Of a stretch of 64,000 nucleotides of DNA, positions 1 to 14,780 are shown piece by piece. Every line of letters begins with the position of its first letter. Position 1 is the stretch's first letter. The stretch lies in contig OX597814.1 of NCBI GenBank assembly GCA_951406725.2, positions 75,206,001 through 75,270,000 of the forward strand, read 5' to 3'. The translations under genes were made by a program, and so were the position numbers. The DNA is from Octopus vulgaris. Taxonomy: Eukaryota. Under the pieces are notes generated by a model, which made no database searches, was not told the DNA's origin, and saw nothing but the letters and a program-made list of their open reading frames with translations.

Positions 1-3000
1 TTGTGTTTGCATTCTAGAGAATATATTATAGCATTTCTTTTGCAATTCTGCAATTTCTTAAAGGTCTAAGAAACCAATTTTTTCTTAACACTTTTTCATT
101 ATCCTTAACTGTGGAAAGTAGTTTTATATACTAATCTATCTTTCATTGAGGAATGTCATTTTTAAAAATATTTTTTTGTTGAGATAACATCAGTTTTATT
201 GAGGCAGCATAACTTGAAGAAAATACCAATTCTATTTTTTTTTGGTATACATTTAACATCATTACTGGAATAACCATGAAATTTGATTTGCAGTTAAAGG
301 ATTAAAATTTTTGTTATCCCATTACATTATATAAGTAGAACATCTTTCAGTACTTAACTGGAGATTTTATAAAAACAAAGAAGAAAGAGAAAAAGAGAAA
401 AAACAGTTACAGAATTACTGGGATTTTCACTGACAACTTACAAAACCATATTGAATTAATTAACAAAATGTATTTGACAAACAAAAATTCATGTGAGCAT
501 TGCATTTCTAAACTAATGTGCACAGGCAGTAAAATCAGGGTAACTATGAAGAAATGTTAACTATTTGGATGGATGATTTATCACCCACTACTCTCCCAAA
601 CTTAAAAGCACTGAATATATTAAATCAGTTGAACAAGAAGCTGAAGAAGTTAGCCAAATGTTTGTTGAAACTACCTTAATCAATGATAGTTTTGTACAAA
701 TGGAGCAGAAGGTAGGATCTGAAGAAGCCAATGTTATATTCAAGAGATATTGTATGTTAATAACAAGACCTTCAGCTGTGAAGATTCTAAGGAGTTAAAA
801 GTAGGTAGGTGTTGACTTCACAAAGCAAAGAAAAAAATCCTCCTTAGTTGGCTTTAACAATACAGATTAGTGAAATAACATGCTTTACTTTCAGAAAATG
901 ACTCACATATTGAGTGAAACATGACAAAAGATCTGTAATAATAGTGCTGAATTTCTATAGACATTTGTAAGGTAGCAACTAAGTAACTAACTTGTGATGC
1001 ATATTTTTGTATAAGTCTAACAGAACCAATAATCTTATATACAACTTTTTTTTGTTTAATAAATAAATTAGCTATTTTGTTTAAAGTATCTCTTCCATAT
1101 AAAGTATACTTGTGGTTTAATTGAATTTTATTCAAAGAGGACTACTGTATTTTAACCCTTTCAACCCAGAATTTTTTCTCAAGATTTGCATGCATTTTCT
1201 CTAAAATTTTGGTAAAACTATATAATGTAGATGCTTATTAGACGGTTTATGATGGTGTCAGTTATGTAGACACTATTTTTAATCTGGTACATATTTGTAC
1301 CATTTGGTTTATCTAATCTACCATGCATGTATCATTGTATTTAGATGAAGTACCATGTATGTACCAGTTGCATCAAAATATTGCAGTGAATCTTGCAAAA
1401 AAAAAAAAAAAATGAAAATTTCAAATATTAGGGAGTAGTATGAAGGTTGATTGAAAAATTGTATATGTATGTTTGATTCACAACAAAATGAAGTTTCTCT
1501 ATAGAACAGTTTATAACACAACTGGAACAATCTTAGCTATACAACAAACAAACAATGGTACAAGAGTGTACCTATACAAATCCACAATGGTACAGGAGTG
1601 TACCACTAAAAATTATTTACTTTTAGAAATATGTATTGCAAGAATTACTATCCAAAGCTTATAAACTATGCACAACATGTTTATGATTAAGTAAATATGT
1701 TTACAGTGAAGAAAATGTTATAAATAACTTACCAAAGCATGAGAACCAATAATAAACACTTAAAAGCAGTCGGTAATGGCAGGGATTAGGGTGACATGTG
1801 AGCCTTTTGAGCTGTCATTATAGTGTCATACACTCCAATTATATGTCTGATGCTACATACTTACCAGAAAACCAGAGCGATACTATACTGCATTACACAG
1901 AATGGGAAGTTTAAAGATTTGGGTGGTAAAATTTTTGACTGGTACAAATATGTACCAGCCGAGCCAAAATGGTTAAATACGTATACTATTTCTTTCAATA
2001 ATTTAAAGAACTTATCTACATAAAACCTACTGTTTACTTTCGTCTGATAATGAAGTTTCTCATAATGAACTAAAAGAGTGGAACATATTAATTTCAATAA
2101 TGGTGGTATTGACTAGTCTGTGGGTATGTCTATGTATCATCAAATGCTAGTTTGTAAATGTAAACTGAAGACACTACTAAATACATTGTGCTGAGTCTTT
2201 TTCATAAATGTATTTAAATTGAGAATTTGGCAACGACTTAAGTTTTATACTTTGCAATTATTCAAACACCCGAAAGACTGGAGAGAGGGGGGAGAGGGAG
2301 AGAGAGAAAATCCTGTATGATGGCTGATTCCCTAGTTTGTATTAATTTCATAAATGTAGTTAAAACCTTATTTAATAATATAATTTTAGCCTTACAGTAA
2401 AAATAGAATGTGTAATTAAATGAAAGAGATCTTAGCAACCATGAACTAGCTTTCAGAACTAGTTTACTTTGCTCTGTTTACTGAGCCAGTTTAGTGAGCA
2501 TTCTGTTATGAAACATGTAAACATGTTTTGAATAGGCTCATTCTCATGTGCATAATCATGTAAAATTGGCCACATGTTCAATTTTTATAGAAAATTGTCT
2601 TTTAAACATGGTTGTAAATCAGTTTGTAAACTTGATCTCTAAGATGTGTTTGCAATGATGATGGCAGCCACACTAATGCCATTGCCACCATCCTCATCAT
2701 TTAATGTCTTTCTTCCATACTGGCATGAAATAGGTGGTTAGACAGGATCTGACGAGAATGGAGACTAGCATCTGCACCAATGTCTGCTTTGGCATGGTTT
2801 CTATAACTGGATGCCCAGTGTAGTGCCAATCACTTTACTGTGTGTACTGAATGTTCTTTTTCATGGTACCAGCACTACAAAGGTTGTCTTGCAGCTTGTC
2901 AGACTAAGGACATAAAGTGAACCCTATAACAAAAGGTGAATAGAAGAGGATATGATGATTCTAAATGAGGAGACAAGAAAGGATAAAGTATGATGATAAG

Positions 3001-3959
3001 AGCAGATAATTGAAAGAGGGTGGTAGTGAAGAGAGTAACAGAGTAGACACTGTTGTAGGAAGGAATGAGGAAGGGACAGGAAAGTGAGTACAGTGTAGAG
3101 GGCTGTTAAGTTGGGTTGCATGGGAGGGGTTCAAGAGCTTTCTAACATTATAAGGGCAAGTATGGACAGGTATGAGGGAAAGGGAACAAGAAAGTTAGAA
3201 ATAGATGAGGATGGCAAAGAATTTGAAGCCATTGAAAGAAAGAAAGGTGAGTGGATTGCACAGGTAGACCAGACAGAGAGACAAGAGGAGGTCTTGAAGA
3301 AGCAGAGATATTGTGAGAAGAGGATAGTGAGAGAAAATGAAGTGGAGGGTGAGAAGCAGATGAGTGTAACAAGAACAATGAGAGAAAGAGAGGCTGGAGG
3401 ATACCACAGAGGTAATAGGCAAGAATAAAGTATAAAAACAGAGAAAGCATCCCAAGAGGCTGTGGAGAGAGGATGATGAGAGAAAGGGATAGTGGGGGCA
3501 AGGAGTGAATACAGTGAGAGCGGTAAGAGAGAGAAAGGCTGGTGGGCTCCCTAGAGGTGATCCAGGAGCAAGCAAGACAACATTAAAGTGTGGGAGAGTG
3601 CCTTTGTCAGAGGGAAGTGAAGTGGTCTGCCCAGATGGTGGAGATGAGATAGGAGTGATGAGAGGATGCAATGAGTTAGTAAAAGTTATGAGTCATGGAG
3701 GAGTGAGAACACAAAGCGAAGTAGGATCAGTAAGTAGGCTTGACAGGGAACAAACATGCTAACTCACAGGTATGTGCAAAAATATTACAGCTTCTAAAAA
3801 CACTATCATTGTGTCAAGGAAGAGAATTTTGTTATATGAAGGTGGAGATGAAAAATGATGGGGAGGACAGTAAGTTAAGCTTGGTAAACAACACACACAC
3901 CATGATTTTTAGTATTACCTTTGTGTCAAGGTAAGTTTTGCTATAGGTGGAAGGGTTTT

Positions 3960-4320
3960 CTGTAGAACTGCACATCACCAGTTAGCATAATCCTTTATCA
4001 TCTCCATGGGATGCACTATCTTCAGGATAGCTTCTATCACTTTGTGTCCAAGTCTTATTTGGATTTTCTCTTCCATAGGTTGCTCTAACTTGCTGCAAAT
4101 GCAACATTGGCCATACCAGCACAGCCTTCTCTCTTGACCATAACATACGATTCCATTTATAGCCAGTTGTTCCCTTACCTCATTTGTATTGTAGTGTTCA
4201 TTCACACAAACACTGTACATCTAACAATGTTTCCTGACTTAATTTATAGTCTTTGCAAGCATTCTGCATTCAAAGCCTGCATTTCACTACCATGCTCACA
4301 TACTTACATTGATACATACA
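3960..4320 (-). mobile_element. RTE LINE C-terminal fragment
   Basis: VREQLAINGI...QERRLCWYG relic, matching the reverse complement of 49700-50050. Confidence 0.65.
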
Positions 4321-5914
4321 AACATATATAAATGGTGTGTTGAAATGTTCTACCAATATTGGCTTGCTTCTAAGATTGCTATATAGGTATTTGAAATTTT
4401 TTTTTATTTGCACATGAGATCAATTGTATACATGCCACAAGATTATTACTGCTTATTTTACCAACACATGAAGGATGAAAAATAATTCAGTCTGCCATAT
4501 TAACTGAAGGAAAGGAAGTATTGAGTTAAACACAATATAGTCTACTTCTTGAACATTAATGCTAACATTAATGATTTCTAACAATGTAACACAGATTTGG
4601 AGAAGTACCAGTACTCCACTGGTACTTCAACAGTTTGGGTTTAGATAATATATGATTGCAATGTAATAAATCCATTATCAAATACCAAATCTCAACTCAT
4701 TAAAACATAAAACTACTACTTTTGCTTTTATTTGCAATATATTTTTAACCAAAAACTTGCAGCATTTCCCATTATGATAGGTTGCTGCAAGTGATTTTAT
4801 AAGGGTAAAAAATGGCTTTCTCAAACTTCAATTTGATTTCAATAAAAACAAAAAAAATATAAAATAAATAACACTATTGTACTTATTCAATTTGGTAATA
4901 TAATCTTGCTGTTTTCTTTCCTTATTTGTTCATAATGATGCTTTAAAATGTTGCTGTTGTTGTCCAATCTTCATTCAAAGTCTAAATGGACATATTTTAC
5001 ATTTACACAAGCAGGAGTAATCACATTTCAAGTGCCTTAGTATCTCATAATTTGCTGTATATCTGACACCCATTATACAAAGTATAAATTTTGAAAATAA
5101 ATAGACGGCAACAACAATAAGAACAGCATTTTGGAAGAAAAGTAAACAAGTAGAACACTTCTAATTATTAATTTGACAATGGCTACATTTCTTAAAAATT
5201 ACCAAGTTTCCTAAGCACATTTCAAGTAGGCAACAACTAAATACCAATCCAAGAGTTTCTATTAGCTCATTGATTTTTCTTAGTTTCAGTTCTTACTGTC
5301 CATGTGTAGCTTCTTCATCTTTCATCTGATTCAGATCTGACAACCATCAAATACAAGAAAATAGTAATTCCCATCTAGTACACACCATTAAATCTCATCT
5401 TATGCAAATCATTACAATCATCTTTAGTGGTAACTTAGTGCATCAGATGGACCTTCTCCCTTGAACATGTAGCATATGATCATATCTATCTATATTTCTA
5501 TATTTACAACATTATAAAACATGGTTGACTCTGTAAGCTTATCTTTACTTAAAAATGGCTAACAATACTGTTTTATTTATTTATTCATTTATTTATTTAT
5601 GTTTATTGAATACTTTAAAATTTCTGTGGCTTTGATCTCTAACTTGTTACATATTGTTTATACAACCACCTCCATGATTATATATCATACACACATATCA
5701 CACACACACACAAAGATATATTACATACATAGATGGGTACATAAACAGAAAAAGATAAAAAGAAAGTGTAGGGAAAATGAGAGAGTGAAAAGTGAAGACA
5801 AAGTGAAGGTAAGAAGTACACAGATTGGTGATAAGTTATAAGGAATCAGTAAGTAGTACATTGTTTGAAGACACCAGTTGAAATGTCAAGTTTAGAATTT
5901 ATTTGTCTAAAGGA

Positions 5915-5916
<2 letters not shown>

Positions 5917-5968
<52 letters not shown>
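5917..5968. repeat. (GT)n microsatellite
   Basis: Perfect GT run. Confidence 0.97.
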
Positions 5969-5975
<7 letters not shown>

Positions 5976-6369
5976 GAATCTGTGTGGTGCATAATAATGA
6001 TAGACTGAAGGTGATTATTGAGTATTATGGATCTATGGAGAGTGCTGGGTCAATAAGGAACCAAAAAGTTATGTTATCACTGATATGGCATTGTGTCTAT
6101 GACCAGCTGCTTGGTACACCAAATTATAAATAGGAACAATTTGAGTTTGTATATGGTAGTGAAAGTAAATTAAATGAATGCTTTGTTTGTTTCAAGAACT
6201 GAATTTAACTTCTCTTACAGTGGACAACAGCTTGGAGTTAGTCTCTAAGATAATTTCCTCTAGATACAGTATACAAAGACAAAGTCTTCATGCTCTTCAG
6301 ACTTTGTTTCCCCCAAATATCAAATCAGTTGACAATGTCAACGTTATCGGACTTAAGAGAATCAGTGTT

Positions 6370-6638
6370 TGGTTATGTAAAACTATGGCCCTAATTCTAA
6401 CTAATTAATTGCCTCTAATGCAGTCACAGCTTTTTACTCCGCTTACACTTAGATAAATCTATTACCCCTTTAGCATTTAAACAAACCATACATAGCCTTT
6501 ATGTTCAAACTGGTTATGTAAAACTATGGCCCTAATTCTAACTAATTAATTGCCTCTAATGCAGTCACAGCTTTTTACTCCGCTTACACTTAGATAAATC
6601 TATTACCCCTTTAGCATTTAAACAAACCATACATAGCC
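6370..6638. repeat. exact 128-bp tandem duplication (period 141)
   Basis: 6370-6497 is identical by eye to 6511-6638. Confidence 0.93.
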
Positions 6639-7743
6639 CAAATATTCTACCTCCTTTATGTTCAAACTAGTCAGACCAAGCTTCTCACACCTATCCCACA
6701 ATGTCAGTCTTAAAAATAATCACATCATCAAAATCTTAAAACTATGAGATAATGCATGATGAACTCAAAAGGATGTGAATAAATATGTATCACATTTGAC
6801 CGAACCTTTTTCAGGTGGTCCACAAAAATTCAAAAGGAATATTTCATAAATTACCAAATATAAATTTACTTTTAATTGCATTATGCAGCACTATAGGACA
6901 TATACCTTGTGTATCAATATATTAAAGAAACAAAGTACACTTGCAGTATAATGTAATGCCAATTTGAGATGCCCTTCAGTACAAGATAACACATGTATTT
7001 AGTGGTGTCAATACAATACAATGGATTATGGGAATTACCATTACTCAAATGCATAGAAACATAAAGAAACAAAAAGAGAAAAAAATTAAACAAGTTGATA
7101 AGGAAAATAACCTGCCTCTCTAATCAAATATTTATATAGAAAAGAAAATGATAAAATTTCTGGTTCAGTGTCACATTCAGTTATCAGCAATGATCTGCAT
7201 TTTACTTTTGGTTAGACATTAATGAGAATAGACATTACGTATGATTTTGGAAAGCAATAGAAAGTTGTTTGTGTGTGTGTGTAGCATGAGGTAGTCATTG
7301 TTCAAGTAACTTAACTGAATTAAAAAAAGAATATATTTTAATGCCAGGAAGTAAAATATTAAAAAAAAAATATTACACAGTATTCTCAGGGCTTCAGATA
7401 ATGTGTCGATAAACATTGTTCAGCTATCATGCAAAACCAAACAAATGATATTTTTTCCCCCCTAATGACATAATTATCAACAAATAATTTAGAAACACTA
7501 GCTATACATGAACATAAAATGATCTATACAATCATGATTTCCCTAGTCAGAAGAATATCTACGTCTGATTAAAGATGCGAAGTGAGAAAATAAAACTTTT
7601 AGCTAACACACATGTCAATTTTCAATTATTTTCCTTTTATGTTATTTTTTCTATTTTTCTTTTTTTTTCTTATGAATTCTGATAATCATCTTGAGAAAAA
7701 AAAGTCATGGTGAAAAATAAGAGTGAATACAAATCAACTGTAC

Positions 7744-7913
7744 CTCTTTCACTGGCATCATCTACCATGATAACTTCTTCCAGTAATTCTGGAGGAGATC
7801 TGTTGATGATACTATGTACAGTCCGTAGTAGTGTAGACCAAGCTTCATTATGAAACACTATAATTATACTTGTTTTTAGATATTTTTCTATGGTGTAAGT
7901 TTTTTTCTTGCAC
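7744..7913 (-). CDS. GALNT1: GALNT1/13-type polypeptide GalNAc-transferase, internal exon (start of GT-A catalytic domain)
   Basis: Translates (G)[56 protein letters not shown], the [20 protein letters not shown]...VDDAS hallmark of ppGalNAc-Ts. Acceptor tttccag|G and donor AGAG|gtacag; 170 nt, phase 2 to phase 1. GALNT1 versus GALNT13 cannot be resolved, since an invertebrate gene would be co-orthologous. Confidence 0.96.
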
Positions 7914-8239
7914 CTGGAAATCATAAGGAGTAAAAATTATAAACATTTTCAAGGTCATGTAACAAGCAAAATAAAACAGACAAAAACCATTAGAATATTT
8001 AAGAAAATACATACACTTCAGCAATTTATAATTCTTTGCAGTACACCTTAAAATAAATCAAAATGACTACTCTACAAAGTAGAGTATTTGTTTTGTACTC
8101 ATTCAGCCTTGAGCTGTCTCCATAGATGACACTGAACTCCTGCAGGATCAGTCTGCTTAACTAAAAATGTTTCAACATTCAGTGGGGGTACTGCATAAAT
8201 ACCTGTTTCTGGTAGTAGAGATACAAACAAGACTTGAAA

Positions 8240-8425
8240 GTTGAGGGTAGGTGTTAGTCAAGAACATAAACCCCAGTACTTAACTAATATTCTATTTTAT
8301 TGACCCCCAAAGAGATGAAAGACAAAAATTGACCTCAATGGGATTAGAAATCAGAATGTAAAGAGCCAGAAGAGATACTGTAAAGTACTTAGTCTGATAT
8401 GCCAATGCTGCTGCTCATCTTCCAC
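8240..8425 (-). mobile_element. decayed SINE (family of 34870)
   Basis: ccccagtacttaactaatattctattttattgacccccaaagagatgaaagac is the reverse complement of the Nin-like core. Confidence 0.65.
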
Positions 8426-9538
8426 TGAATAGCTGTTGATCCACTACACAAATAATAGCAGATTCATTGAGTTATAATGTTACTGAGTTCAAATATTGGA
8501 GAAGTAGTCCATTAAATGTTTATAGGACTGATAATCATCTACTGTTGAATGCATTTAATTGAAGGATGAAGTTTACATTTGTAGTACATGATGAAGGATG
8601 ACAGTTACACCTTCAGTACATATTGAAAAGTGAAAGTTGCACCTACAATGCATATGAAAATGTGGAGATGGCACTACATGTCACAATTGCATAAAATAAA
8701 ACTGATTCAATACTAATTCTTAATTACTGTTGTTTTAGTGAGAGTAAAACCTTTATTAACCTTTTTTCCTGGGTTAGCATGGGTGGGAAATTTATTGCAA
8801 ATTTGGATATTTTCATAGGATGATATGAGCAATTACTTTTCTCTTCCTATTAACTACACTGGTGTAAATGACATCACAACATCTATTAAAGCAGTTGAAT
8901 GTGACTTAAAGATTTGGTATCAATGTCTAGCAGGTAGAGCCACAACATAGAAGGTCCTTCATTGATATTATATTGCTAGAAGATGTATAGGCAATAAATA
9001 TGAGTAACTGCTTGAAAGTCAACAGATGAAATAGGATGAAATACCACTAAGTTATCAGATTGTAGTTTTGTTTGATGTATGGGCCGAATAAAGCATTCTA
9101 TAATATCTACAGCAGCTTTCCTTTTGGGGTAAGCCAAAATCCAGATCTATGTAAGTGATGTGCAGAGGAAAACAACTTTCTCCATCAAGAATCTATGTGC
9201 CAACAAAGTCTGAAAAGCCATGTTGTGAAAAAGGACAATAGACACCACATGGATAAATTCCATGAGTCCATGCAAGCAAACCATGCAAGGGAAAACTTAG
9301 GATAGAAGCTTTCTGCCAGAACTACATTTTGTGAACCAAATGTGTGCCATGGAAGGCAGATACATATACACAGGCTGCCGGATGCTAGGGACAAACAGGT
9401 GTTTATCAATAGAGAGAGCTGTAGAGATAGTAGAGAAAATAACAATGAGAGAGAATATGGAAGAGGGAAGACAGAAATGGAAAATAAAATTTGGGTTTAT
9501 ATTAGACTGTCATACTACAGTGAACAGATGTAAACCAG

Positions 9539-9750
9539 TTAACCCTTCAGCTTTTAAACTGGCCAAATCTGGCCCATATATTCTATCTGCTAGATATGGC
9601 CTCTTACACCTATGCTACAATGTCATTCTAAAACTAGACAAACACATCATTGATATCTTGAAGCTACAAGATCAAAGCATGATTAATTCAAAACAGTGTG
9701 AATAAATAAGCATTACATTTGACAGAGTAATATGAATGCTAAAGAGTAAA
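9539..9750 (+). mobile_element. MITE family A copy
   Basis: ttaacccttcagcttttaaactggcc...cattacatttgacagagtaatatgaatgctaaagagtaaa. Confidence 0.8.
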
Positions 9751-11569
9751 GAAAGTGTTGAAGGAAATTTGAGCTTCCTGTCAGAATAAGTTCTGGCTGT
9801 ACTGCCATTAAACCAGAAATAAAACAGACACATGCCACCTTAGCTGATATCTAATCACATCAGAAAATAAATCACCAGACAGTAGCTAGTCAATATATTT
9901 AAAATCCAACATTATTTATATGTTAACTTACCAATTCAGAGAAATGTACATTGGGTCAACAAAATGGCCATTATACAAGAGAATACATAAACAAGTTCAC
10001 TAAGTATTACCATCCAGTGCAGCATTTTAACACTTTATAACAGTTCAAAGATATATACAAACACGTCTTAGCTGGATGCACAGATGCTATAAACCTTCAA
10101 ATTGTAGTGACTTTATTAGGAAAGGGAATTCCACTCATGTGATGTGGAACCGAATGGGAAACAACTTCTACAACTGTGAGGTAGAATTAGGTACATAGAA
10201 ATACATAGTATCTCCGAAGAATAAAGATATGTAGTCATGCATCTCTGACCTCTAATTTACCAATCTACTGATGTTGGATGGGGGTGGGGATTTAGAGTGA
10301 AGGATTATGTAAACAAAAGAACTAAGATCTAGTAGTTAAGCAATAAATCTTAAACCAATCAATAGCTATTTGTAATGTTAATTTATTCTTGCTTTATCTT
10401 ATGCAAATTTCTTATCAACCACACACAATAAACTCAATATGTGAATGTATGAGAGAGAAAGAGATATAGATAGATAGAGAGAGAGTATTCATGAATTCTC
10501 CAGGATCACAACAGTAGAAACCCTGTGTAACTTATCATAAACAAAACAATAATACACCTCCTACTTGATATACAGAGTACCTTAACTATGCTTTCTTCAG
10601 TTTCCAATGTTTGCTTTGGTATTGTTTCTATGACTGGGTGCTCTTCCTAAAGCCAACTAGTTTACTGAGTGCGTCTTTCAAGTGACAATCAATTGAGAGG
10701 TTACCAACTAACTCACAACACTAAGATCTCTTACAACTGAATGAGAGTATAGTAGTGAGGGAGGCAGTTTATGCTGGGTGTTGAGAGGTTAAAAATGTGA
10801 AAGAAGTGGCAAGAACAAGTAGATACATGGTTACTTTGCATTACATAGGCATAGGTAGGAGTGATTGAAGTACAGATGATGGGAAGATAAGATGGTGATG
10901 AAGTGTTAGAATGAGCCCACAAGAGACATGAAGAATAGAAGAGTGATGATAGAAGAATGGGATGGGTGGATAGAGGTTGCAGGAATGTATGGGGAGAGTG
11001 AGGGATGTTTAGAGGGTGAATGTAAGTGAATGCTGAACAACAATGAAAGAAGGTGGTCAATGATAAATGGGTTGGAGCTAAGGTGATGACTGGCAGTACA
11101 GAAAGTATAAAGAGCAACTGAATAGTAATACAGTAGGCAGAGGAAAGATAAGAGAAAGAGTGATGCCTGGGTGGTAAGATTGTGAGAGTGAGAGACAGTG
11201 TGTAAGGAGAGTGAAAGACATTATAGTGATAGGAGTGTATCAATGGTAAGTGGCTCATGGAATAGGAAGTAATAGGTAGCACAGAAAAGAAATCAACGTA
11301 AAATTTGAGTGAAGAGGGACAACATAAAGAATAAAGGATGAATGACAAAGAAAGTAGTTCCAGGCAGTGGGAGAGATAACTGGTTGTATAGAAAAGAGTG
11401 ATGAAATATGTAAGCATGTTCTTATTTAATTACAACAGCAGAATACTAAAGTAGTCTGGTAAGTGATAAAGGGATCAGTGACAGAGATGAGAGAGTGGTA
11501 GGGAAAAGATTGATGGAGAAAAAAATAGAGTGAGGGGTCACAGTTGTGTATATATACAGAATGCTTTTG

Positions 11570-11900
11570 GAACCTTAGTTTTGCTCTGAAGGGTGGGTCT
11601 CCTTGAACACTGCATATTGCCAACCATCTCAGTCCTGTGATCAGCCTTTACTATTGCTTCCCATGCCTTTTTGAATCTCACTCTTCCACAAGCTCCATCA
11701 ACATTGAGTGGCACTTCTTTATGCAGATGACCTCATCCATATGGATCATGCATCCATACCAGTGCAGTATTCTTTCTTAAGTCCAGTTTTTCTCTCAACA
11801 TATTACTTTGTCATTCCTGCACATCCATCAGAGCATGCTCACTTCATTTTCTTTCCAGTATTGTGTATTCAAAGTGTGCAGGCCTTGAATGCAGACGACT
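11570..11900 (-). mobile_element. RTE LINE C-terminal fragment
   Basis: ERILHWYGCMIHMDEVICIKKC relic and the 3' end motif gaagggtgggtctccttgaacactgcatattgccaacc shared with the other copies. Confidence 0.6.
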
Positions 11901-14780
11901 TATGAAAACTTCTGCATTCTGTTCAAATTTCTCTGTAGGTTGAAAGACTGATGGAAAGCTTAACTGATTTTCAACCATTAGTAAGGTCTCATCAGAGATC
12001 TAATCCTAACAAACAAGTAGCCAGTCCATCTATATACACATCAAATCTAGTAGCTTCAGAGAACTGGAGTAACTAATTTGCATACTATAAGCTCATTCTG
12101 TTCCAAAGACCTAGTCTTATATATATCACCTTGACTTCACAACCACCTAACCTGAACATTGCTATATTTACTTGGACATATTTATATTGTTTTACTATCG
12201 AAGTATGGGAAGCTGAAAAAATATTTCATATTTTATGGTAGGCAGGCAGGGTTACCAAGTATGCAAAGAGTTAAGGAATGGAGTAGATAATATCTGGGCT
12301 ACATATGTTTCATAGCGAGTGGAACCTCGGAAGTAGTAAATATCTAAGTAAGGGGTATACCGCAGGCTACTCTTCAGGCCAAGGGTATCTTGATTAAATG
12401 AAGTATATATACATATATAATGTGAGTAGTCATATGGCTCCTCCACAGAGCAAGAAACTTGTTTGCTCTGGTCCCTTCTCTCATACTTTGATCCCTCATC
12501 TCCTAGCATAAAACTCAACTACCTTAGGGTTTGTATTCTTGTAAGCTGCATGATGACCTCACTAGTGCTGGTGGCATGAAGATGTTTCTTGTTATATAGG
12601 AGATATATGACTGATGGAGATAAGAGGATGCTAGTGTTCACAGAATATCAAGATGGTGTGTATAAGAGAAGAAGGTTAGTAGATCACAGGAGAGGATGAG
12701 AGAGTGGATACTTTCATAAGAGTGTGAGGAGGAAGTGTGGAGGTGAGTGTAGTGAGTGAAGAATGAGGGTGGGAGGTGCAGATGATGAGAAATATCAATA
12801 TGCAGAGGAGTGAGGTGGGAGATATGAGTGACTTAGGAAGAATAGAAGTGAAAGTAGTAGAATGATGTGCAAGGTATAGGAGCTGTGGAGAGAGGAAGAG
12901 ATAGGGATACATAAGGGGCTATAGTAGGTGGGTTGTGATAGTAGATATAGGAAGGCATTGAGAAAGATAAGAGGTGTTTAGAATGGCGTTTAGCAGAGGG
13001 GAAAAAAGGAGGTGCTAGAATGCACAGAAAGGAAGTGATTAGTTGAAATAGTGAGGGCAAGGATGATAAGGAATGGAAGTAGTTTGGGAGGATGGGACTG
13101 TTTGGGAAGGTATAGGATGTATTATGTGTGGTATTGCTTGCAGGTGAGTACAGCAGCCATAGATTGGGGGGGGGATGCTTGACACGGCTTCACATACAAG
13201 CCTATGTGAGTGGTTTTAGGATATCATTTTTGCTATAACGGGTAGGTTCACACATATACATGCAAACTTTCACACATGTATAAATATGATAGGCTTCCAA
13301 ATAGTTTCCATCTACTAATTTCATTCACAAGGCATTGGCAGGCTGAAGCTATAGTAGAATTTGTTCAATGTAGCACCACATAGTGGGATAGAACCTGAAG
13401 CCATTTGGTTATGAAATGAAGTCCCTCTCTATTCAGGCATATCTGCACCTTTATCCTTCAATAAGATATGTCTTTTGCAGGGTGACATACATAAAAAGTA
13501 ACTTACCACATATGAAAACATGGTTCGATTAGTAAAGTACAAAAATACACTGAAGAACTTGGGAAGTAACATTTGATATAAAGCCAGCATTAATTATGTT
13601 ATCAACCCAAATAATTAAGAACACATTTAATGGATAGAGCAGATCTTTTAAGCATTGGCAAGAAAAAGAATTATTAAAGGAAAATTACTCTCATAGATAT
13701 TCCAGAGTGAGTTATCTCTCTCTCTCTCTGTATAAATGAGTATACACACAGACACACACACAAACACATAATGAAAAGAGGAGTTAATGTGTATATATGC
13801 ATAAACTCACACAATGAGTAGAACTGTTATAAAATATATCAGCAACTCCTGTGGTTAATTTCTCAGAATATTTGATCTCCAACATGAAACATACAACAAA
13901 TATTGATTAGTACTGTCAGAGAGGTTCACTCATGGTCATTATGTATACTTGAAGCTATCATTATAAATCTCATATGCACCTTTGACGAATATCAACTCCT
14001 TAAAGCTATCCCTAAAATTTAGGGAGAGTCTAATAGTTTTATAGTATTGTCTTCACACAGAAGACAAATCATCTACAAGTGTTGCAGTAAAGGAATAGAT
14101 AAGAATATCTAACTTATACACATTGAATAGATTTTTATTTCATTTGTCATCAACAAACTTACTAACTACAAGATCATCCCTAAATCTCTAAGCCATAAAT
14201 TACAGCATTAAAAACTGAGCTATCACAGTGTTGATGAAAACTTAACTATTATATTTTCCTGTTCAATAAGAAATAAGATAGGAATGCATTTTGGAGAAGA
14301 CACAAGAATGCTAGCACATAATGGGGCTAAGATGCCATATTGATCAAGAAGCCATAGTGCAAATAGTATGTAAACATTAGTTGCAATCATAAGACCAACA
14401 TAGATACACTGTTGTAACTTCTGATAATTATATTCTGATATGATGTCATGTTCTATAGGAAGGTTGTTAAACTATTCTCAAGTACAATGAGCTGTAAACT
14501 TGTAGAAGAAGGCAGAAAAACTCCTCTGGCTAAAAATAATAAACCCTTTGCATTTGCATCTCTAAATATTATAAAACAAGCTGCTAAAATAAAATATATT
14601 GATCTACATATCTCAACAACAACATTATAGCTATCTGTCTAGCACTCATTATATATTAAACAATTGTCATAAAAAGGAAATCATAGCTAAAGTTTTACAG
14701 GGTGGTTGTTGACTCATAAACCTTAATAGGAACAAAAGTATGGATTAAATCAATATCAGCTCCAAGAAGACCCTATGGTA

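Noticed and set aside
1-7743. next GALNT exon (expected R.GLIRARL...FLDAHCE)
   Set aside because: Not found by eye; it presumably lies left of the window.
10731-11417. 228-aa ORF, the longest in the track; likewise 3195-3671 and 50096-50620
   Set aside because: Pyrimidine-rich low-complexity tracts are depleted in stop codons; the peptides are L/S/F/H-rich with no motif.
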